From assembly GCA_964016885.1 (NCBI GenBank), contig OZ024740.1, positions 304,048,001-304,112,000 on the forward strand: a DNA stretch of 64,000 nt. Reading direction: 5' to 3'. Below, one piece after another: positions 57,101 to 64,000 of the stretch; the stretch's first letter is position 1; each line of letters starts with the position of its first letter. Source of the DNA: Eledone cirrhosa (Eukaryota). The position numbers were made by a program, and so were the translations under genes. The notes beneath the pieces were generated by a model, which saw only the letters and a program-made list of their open reading frames with translations, searched no databases and had not been told where the DNA came from.

Positions 57101-58350
57101 TTTGATCTGGTGTGACTTTTTCAATTAACCAAATCAAAATGTGTGCATGTGGCAATCCTCTTTTTTGCCATTCAATGGAAAACATCCAACAGCGTGTCTC
57201 TCCAAAAACATGATGCTTGACAATTAAATCCGTTAAAGATTTCAATTTTTGTTTGAACACACGCGCTGTAATATCATGACGATCCGAAGACGATTGACCA
57301 GGTAACAAAAGTTCTTTAATTTCATCCCACGTAGGATTGCATGTGAATGTAATAAAAAAATCTGGACGGCCATATGCGCGAACATATGTCATTGCATCTT
57401 GTGCGTATTCATGCATGTGCCGTGGGCTCCCTGTAAATGTAGCCGGCAGTATGACCATTTTCCCCAATTCATTAGGATTCATATTGCCATCATTAACAAT
57501 GGCATCACGTAAATGAATGTACTCTTCTGAACGTAGCTTGGTTTGATTCAATCGAATGTAGAGGAGTCGTTCGATTTCGAATTTTGCATACATATCGACA
57601 ATGTATTGATGGAACAATTGTCGACATTTCAAAATATGATTTTCACCGTTTTCACGAATCATTAATCTATATGAATAATAATTCATGGCACTGACTTTCT
57701 TATTCGTTTTCTCATCTGTTTGTGGATTTCTCAGTTTGATGTTGAAATGATATCCATCTCCTTGCCAAAATAAAATTGGATATTGCAATCCATCGTATGA
57801 CCGATGCGTTTCTGAGACTCGCTGAACATCACCATTTCTGCGGTGAAGAATTATATCGCGCGAGTTAAATTCTTCACCTACAATAACGATCGCCACTTCA
57901 TCAATTGTTGGTGCATTGTACTGTCTTTGATGTTGGCCAACAGGTGTTTTGTCTGCTCTAACTACAATTGTGTAGTCATCACTTGGCATTTGTTCAAGGG
58001 CAGCTCTGAACAATCGAATTAATTTGTTGTGTTGATTGAATAAAGTTTGTAATGCAGTAACAATTTCTCGTTTAGTTCCCGTATTGAATTTGCAACGTTG
58101 ATCTATTTGGTCATCAGTGTTTCCCATGAAATAAATTTGAAGAAATTTGTGATCTGCGTCCGGCAGTGGTAGTAGTGATCCAGCACGATAATAAATTTGC
58201 CCTTGCACTTTGAATGTTGGCATGTAATTCTCGCGCACGATATTTGTTGCACCGAACGATGTCATTTGGAAACATGAATTGTACTTGCGTATGTTTGCCA
58301 AGAAATGTTTAGATTCGCTTGTGTCACCTGATACTAACGTTGATAATATT
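54189..58350 (-). mobile_element. Helitron, 5'-truncated, with intact 3' end
   Basis: Minus-strand 3' hairpin ccgagcgaagccggg followed by CTAG|T at 54189; Rep-helicase ORF. Confidence 0.95.
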
Positions 58351-58367
58351 GATTTATGCATCTTCAC
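54378..58367 (-). pseudogene. Helitron Rep (HUH)-Pif1 helicase with one in-frame stop at 54984-54986
   Basis: FITFTCNPTW, EWQKRGLPHAH, KYICKYINKG; APGGTGKT, IIWDE, GDFRQ, FAMTINKAQGQSL, HGQLYVACSR; the two ORFs share one frame, joined by Q*LNARAILA. Confidence 0.93.
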
Positions 58368-58406
58368 AAAAAAAAAAAATATCTACATATACATATATAC
58401 ACATAT

Positions 58407-58489
<83 letters not shown>

Positions 58490-58770
58490 TATATACATAC
58501 ACATACATATATACTATATTTTACAAATTATACTGAGATAAATGCAAACCTACCTCCTTCAGTCCTCTATCATCAGTGTAGAATGAGAAAACAGTAAAAC
58601 AATTGTGGAAAAGGATGGTATGGAATTAGGTCAGACCAATGGACAGCAAATGTAAAAGATAATTAGGTCAGTCCAATGGACAGCAAATTTAAGTACAATA
58701 GATTAATATGAAGAACATGTTATTTGTTTAATTTTTCATTGTTTTTCAATATCTTATATATATATATATA

Positions 58771-59559
58771 TAAACGGAAAAAATGAAACGATATTTCATT
58801 TCCCACTCTTAGTACGGCTGTTACTTAAATATAAGTATGTACACGTACATACATATATGTATACCGACGTACAGTAGTATGTATATATATATATACATAC
58901 ATCACACATATATATATGCACGTATGGATTCACCGAATATTAATTATAATGCTCGGTGTGTTTGTAAACAAACATCCCGTATTAAGCCGTAGTGTCTAGC
59001 AACCACCGTTGCTCGTTTGTTCAACACTGACAAAGGAACGCTGTACTAGTTTCAAGCTTGTTAGCTATCGTCAGCAACGTATACCTTCCTGCCAGATTGT
59101 TGAACATATATACTTACCTTATGCGTGTACATACTTATATTTAAGTAACAGCCGTACTAAGAGTGGGAAATGAAATATCGTTTCATTTTTTCCGTTTATC
59201 GTTTTCGGTGCACCCGGCCGATTAACCCACTCGATATGCAAATTGGGCTACTCAGCCGTTAATATGCATAAGGTAAGTATATATGTTCAACAATCTGGCA
59301 GGAAGGTATACGTTGCTGACGATAGCTAACAAGCTTGAAACTAGTACAGCGTTCCTTTGTCAGTGTTGAACAAACGAGCAGCGGTGGTTGCTAGACACTA
59401 CGGCTTAATACGGGATGTTCGTTTACAAACACACCGAGCATTATAATTAATATTCGGTGAATCCATACGTGCATATATATATGTGTGCATGTATGTATAT
59501 ATATATATATATACATACTACTGTACGTCGGTATACATATATGTATGTACGTGTACATA

Positions 59560-59566
<7 letters not shown>
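58771..59566. mobile_element. Retrozyme-like 426-nt unit (59124-59566, plus) with inverted permuted copy (58771-59124); hammerheads at 59301-59355(+) and 59035-59089(-)
   Basis: cgtgtacatacttatat at both 59124 and 59550; ggaa ggtata cgttg CTGACGA t agct aaca agct t GAAA ctag TA cagcg ttcc. Confidence 0.85.
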
Positions 59567-59629
<63 letters not shown>

Positions 59630-59630
<1 letters not shown>

Positions 59631-61250
59631 GTAGTAAATAAAGAGTTATTCCCCTTCCTTCCTGGGCATACATACAAACAAACACATTCATTTTTATATA
59701 TATAGATTTTAAATTTATATTTAAACGTTGAGTTCAATCTATGTCTGCAGCAACTGAATATATTGCTTCTTACATTTAAAGTTAAACTGAATGAATAAGA
59801 AGGGCTGCGTGATATTCTTACGTCGGTCACCACTTTAGCAGTATTAGTTGTAGATGTTATCGCCACTTTAGCAGGGTGGTAGAATCAGTGGTCGTTAGTT
59901 GCCAGTGTGGTAAGTGATAGTATCCTCGTTGGATTATCTTGTTGACATAGACGTGAGGGAAGGTCCCTCGATCTATTTACCATCTATTTACAATATTCCT
60001 TTCGCCAGGTCGCCAATTCCAGCAGCATGGATTAAAGATGTTATTGAGACACGAGTAACATAACAACGACTTCAACCGCAGTAATTAGAGATGAAATGTT
60101 TGTTTATTTATATGGTTGAAGTTACAGATACAAAGAGGTTACAAAATGGAATTTGCCATTGCGCCGTTAAGACGGCGAGGTTAGTGGTGCAATATCTCAC
60201 TGTTACATTATGCGTGTTGCTGGCTCGAAGTTTCTGGTACAAGCTAGAGATTCTTCAAATCTTCGCGGGGAATTTCTTCCTCAGGGCGCGTAGGGATACA
60301 TCCTCTTCTACTGGCGCTGATTGGCTGAACTGAGCCAAATCACGCACAGAGAATGTATGTGAGCCCGCGGAATGTAGGTCACTACAAGGGAATTTTTGCT
60401 TTTTAATATAAAGAATATTTCCTCTATACAAAGATCGCAATTTTCTGAAGAGGAATTAAAAGGAGTAGCTTTTGAAATAATATTCCAAAGTAACGAATAT
60501 TTAACGTTCTTTAATTTGAGGTTCCATAATAAGCTAGATAGAGAAGTTGAAGATTTTTTGTTTAAATGCGTAAAAGAGCTTTTATGGTTATTAAAACGAG
60601 ATTTAAAATCTGCGGAAGTTGATCCTACATAATTAAACGAATTTAAATTAGTTATTACATTACAATTATATACTATATTTTTAGCTAAGCAATTGTTATT
60701 TAACGGACAATTAGATTTATTTCTACAGTTACATTTAGCAAATTGGATATTGCTGGGGTTATTAGTGGTATTTTGGTTCGGTTTTAAATTTCTATTATTA
60801 ATTCTATTAATATTCTGCGCTAAATGTTTGGTGGATGAATAAGTTAATTTTATAGTATGTCTATTAAACATTGAGTAATATCTATGTGTTCTAGGGAAGC
60901 ATTTGTCAAGAGCTTTAAAAATAGTTTAGCAATAGGAGTTTTAATATTTAATGAGAAAGGAGGAGCGAACCACAATATATTCCTAGTTCTATTTCTTTTT
61001 TTGTTTTCCGAATTTTTGTAAGGTTTTCTATTATAGTTGTTAAAATTGTTAGGATTATTGTTAGTTATATTATTATTATCAATGTACTTAATTTTATTTC
61101 TATATCCAGCTCTACCTACGCTTCGTTGTATATTCTTATTAGCTGAAATTCTAGAAATGCGTTGCTGTACAGAATTCACTATAGTATTTTTAACGGATTT
61201 GGGGTGATTAGAGTTAAAATTAACGTAGTTTAAGTTCTCGTTTAGTTTGT
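59630..61250 (-). mobile_element. Second Naiad-like PLE, 5'-truncated, interrupted by a 606-bp insertion (59781-60386)
   Basis: NYVNFNSNHP, WFAPPFSLNIKT, CNCRNKSNCPLNNNC, IVYNC...YVGST, CDLC; frame resumes as LNVRSNIFSCCRHR left of the insertion. Confidence 0.88.
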
Positions 61251-61835
61251 GTGCGTACGTATATATATATGAATATATTCTTTTAATAATATATGGGTTT
61301 TAATAATATATAGATTTTTAATAATATATAGATCTCAACTTTTAATGTATAGATCTCAATAATTTGATGGATAATTTAATTGATAAACTAAACATTTAAT
61401 CATATTTAAACACTGGTTAAAATTCATTTTCCATTCACGAGTATTTTCCATTCACGCTTATTTACTTATTTAATTTACTCATCCAAAAATATTTATTTTT
61501 TCACTTCATCTTAAAAGTTATGCTAATACAACAACCTATCACTTAGGGCTTTCTCCTTCTATTTCGCTTTTCTCTTTTCTCTTTTCCTTTTTCTTCTCTT
61601 TCTCTTTTTCTTGTTTTCTTATTTTCCTCTTAAAGCTGCTTTTTTCTTTTTTCTCTTTCCCTCTCTCCATACCCCAACGGCTTATTTTAAATCTACTGTG
61701 ATTTAAAAATATCCGACACTAATTTGCATAATAGTATCAATAAATTTATAACCCCACTATCCGGGAGCTTCCAACAGAAATGGTCGTATTCTTTAAGGGT
61801 ATGTCAATATTTATTTATAAAACTGATCTATATTA

Positions 61836-61900
61836 TATTTTATCTGATGAAAGCACACCATAATTTAACTTGGTGTCCTTGAAATATGTATAATGAAATA
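61836..61900 (+). ncRNA. Type I hammerhead in the inverted pLTR-like segment
   Basis: tattttat CTGATGA aag cacacca taatttaact tggtgt cctt GAAA tatgta TA atgaaata. Confidence 0.8.
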
Positions 61901-62042
61901 AATATGGTTTTATAAATATAGTTTCCATTTGTTAATATATCGTATTTTTACTCCAATAATTTGTTGAGTGCTTTATATCAGTTATAAAAATATATGTTTG
62001 TTGTATCCCAACAATTTAAATAGAACTTCTACACACACACAC

Positions 62043-62085
<43 letters not shown>

Positions 62086-62675
62086 AAGAAGTAATAGACA
62101 CAGATATATACCTATTTTTTCTTCAAAGTCCCGACTGTACAGTTTCGCTGGTCAGTTTGCACAATTCCACATTATAGATGTGTAATATTGTTGTGAGGCA
62201 TACCAGCTTTTCAAGGAACTCCTCAGGGAAAGAACACTTTCCAGACACGTTCGTAGCAAGTGAGAACATCTCAAAAGGCGGAGGGAGAAATTACCACGTG
62301 ATACGCCGGTCAAGAAAGGGAACTGAATCCCTTTGTAGCAAGTGAGAAATATCTCAAAAGGGGGAGGGAGAAATTAATACATACAGAGGTTACAGGCGGG
62401 TAGTAAGGTGGACTGAAAGCGATTACATTGTTTGCTTTAGAAGCAGTTACTATACTTTCGGGTTAACTCAACCATAAGGGAGTTTGAGACAATATCATAA
62501 TGAGAGACACACACACACATGTGTATACATACATACGTATGTATATATATTTTCACAAGCATGTGAGTGTATGTGGTGTCAACCTTAACCAGTTTTGCTC
62601 TATGATTACGAGAGACAAAATAATCGAAATAATTAAATTGACTCGATATCAAAGCTATACAACAATATATATTTG

Positions 62676-62791
62676 ATATAGAAATGGCTTCTACAGGACG
62701 AGAACTGTTTCATTCGGGAGAAATCATCAAGGCTTCCTGATGATTTCTCTCGAATGAAACAGTTCTCGTTCTGTAGAAGCCATTTCTATAT
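62676..62791. repeat. ~54-bp-arm hairpin with hammerhead-like core (62737-62768)
   Basis: CTGATGA t ttc tctc gaa t GAAA cagttc TC; stem III is imperfect. Confidence 0.6.
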
Positions 62792-63009
62792 TAATATTTA
62801 TACTCTGTTATCTATTGAGTACCTTACTTACTGTGGTTACCCCCGATTGAACCCGGGATAAACTTATCTAAGAAAATATTTTTTATTATAATATGTATGC
62901 ATACGCACCTATATATATATAACTGTTATATTTATATTATGCCTAGATGAAACACTGTGTAAGGAGTAAATTTTGTTTTTGAATGTATCGCTTTCTCCAT
63001 TTATTTTTG

Positions 63010-63090
<81 letters not shown>

Positions 63091-63094
<4 letters not shown>

Positions 63095-63342
63095 GGAAGG
63101 TAATATGATGCTGACGATAGCTAATAAGCTTGAAACTAGTACATCGTTCCTGTGTCAGTGTTGAACAAAAAGGTGAGGTGGTTGCCTAAACACTGTACAG
63201 CGTAATTCGGGCTGTTTGTTTGTTTACAAACAAACCGAGCATTATAATAAATGTTCGGTAAACCGATATGTGTGCATGTATGTATATATATACATACTAC
63301 TGTACGTCTGTATACATATATGTATGTACGTATACATACATA

Positions 63343-63347
<5 letters not shown>
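63091..63347 (+). mobile_element. Diverged partial copy of the 59-kb retrozyme-like unit, hammerhead at 63093-63152
   Basis: caggaa ggtaata tgatg CTGACGA t agct aata agct t GAAA ctag TA catcg ttcctg; lies between (TA)n runs. Confidence 0.85.
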
Positions 63348-63396
<49 letters not shown>

Positions 63397-64000
63397 CATT
63401 CATTTATTATGGTTATTGGTGAGCTTTGTTACTCTAAAGTTTCACCTGCATACTCACAGAATCACCAATCTCGTCTGGTGAATACGCTGGTGAGACTCCA
63501 GAATAACAAGGCTTAGCCATAATAAATGAATATTTAAACTTTACTTCGGTATTGAGTTTTCATTCTTACGTCCGTCAATAATTCACGTACTCTCAGGTTT
63601 TGAATAATCGCCCCCATCCTCCGCTTATTGATTTGTCAGATCCTCCCTCCCCCGGTTTTTATCCCACCCCGTTCCCCACACGCTTATCAAATTTTGCTAA
63701 TCTACCTCCTACAACCTCTGCCACGCTCGAATGAACAACAAACTCAAACCAATTCCTTCCATCGTTACATCCACTCCACATTCTATCGCTCGCTACACAA
63801 CTCACCATCAACTTCGCTACACTCAACTCACATGCCTATTCGCTACATATCTAACTATCATTTTAATCTGGATAAGGTCCTTCTGGAAATAGAATCTGAG
63901 TGGCCTCAGACGATTGAAGGTATATCTAAGGAGTACACTAAGTCAAACGCACCTAAACAGCGTGGCAATATTAATTTTTCTTATTACGGCAAAATATGTA

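Noticed and set aside
62126-62150. Minus-strand GAAA ctgtacag TC resembling the 3' half of a hammerhead
   Set aside because: No matching CUGANGA found; the region is interrupted by a possible 214-bp TGTAA...TTACA insert (62181-62394) with no clear TSD

Overview
AT-rich, microsatellite-rich animal DNA, probably cephalopod/Octopus-like (inferred from the SINE families and (TA)n load). No host gene can be supported; the window is essentially nested mobile DNA. It contains RTE LINEs with a PHD-like finger after the RT core, Penelope-like elements (PLEs, two of them Naiad-like), a nearly intact Helitron Rep-helicase, a decayed hAT transposon with an 8-bp TSD, CRE-like RLE retroposons, a CR1-like LINE, a gag-only LTR element, two SINE families and several MITEs. 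The most interesting signal is non-coding: about 16 type I hammerhead ribozyme motifs (several degenerate) from about 9 sequence families, mostly with short palindromic stem III. Several have non-canonical cores (U-U at the base of stem II, or CCGANGA). Most sit in short fold-back elements inserted in (TA)n. One is a 426-nt terminally redundant, circularly permuted unit resembling a retrozyme (58771-59566), and a second copy shows a compensatory change in stem I. All structures were read by eye; coordinates are approximate to a few bases.
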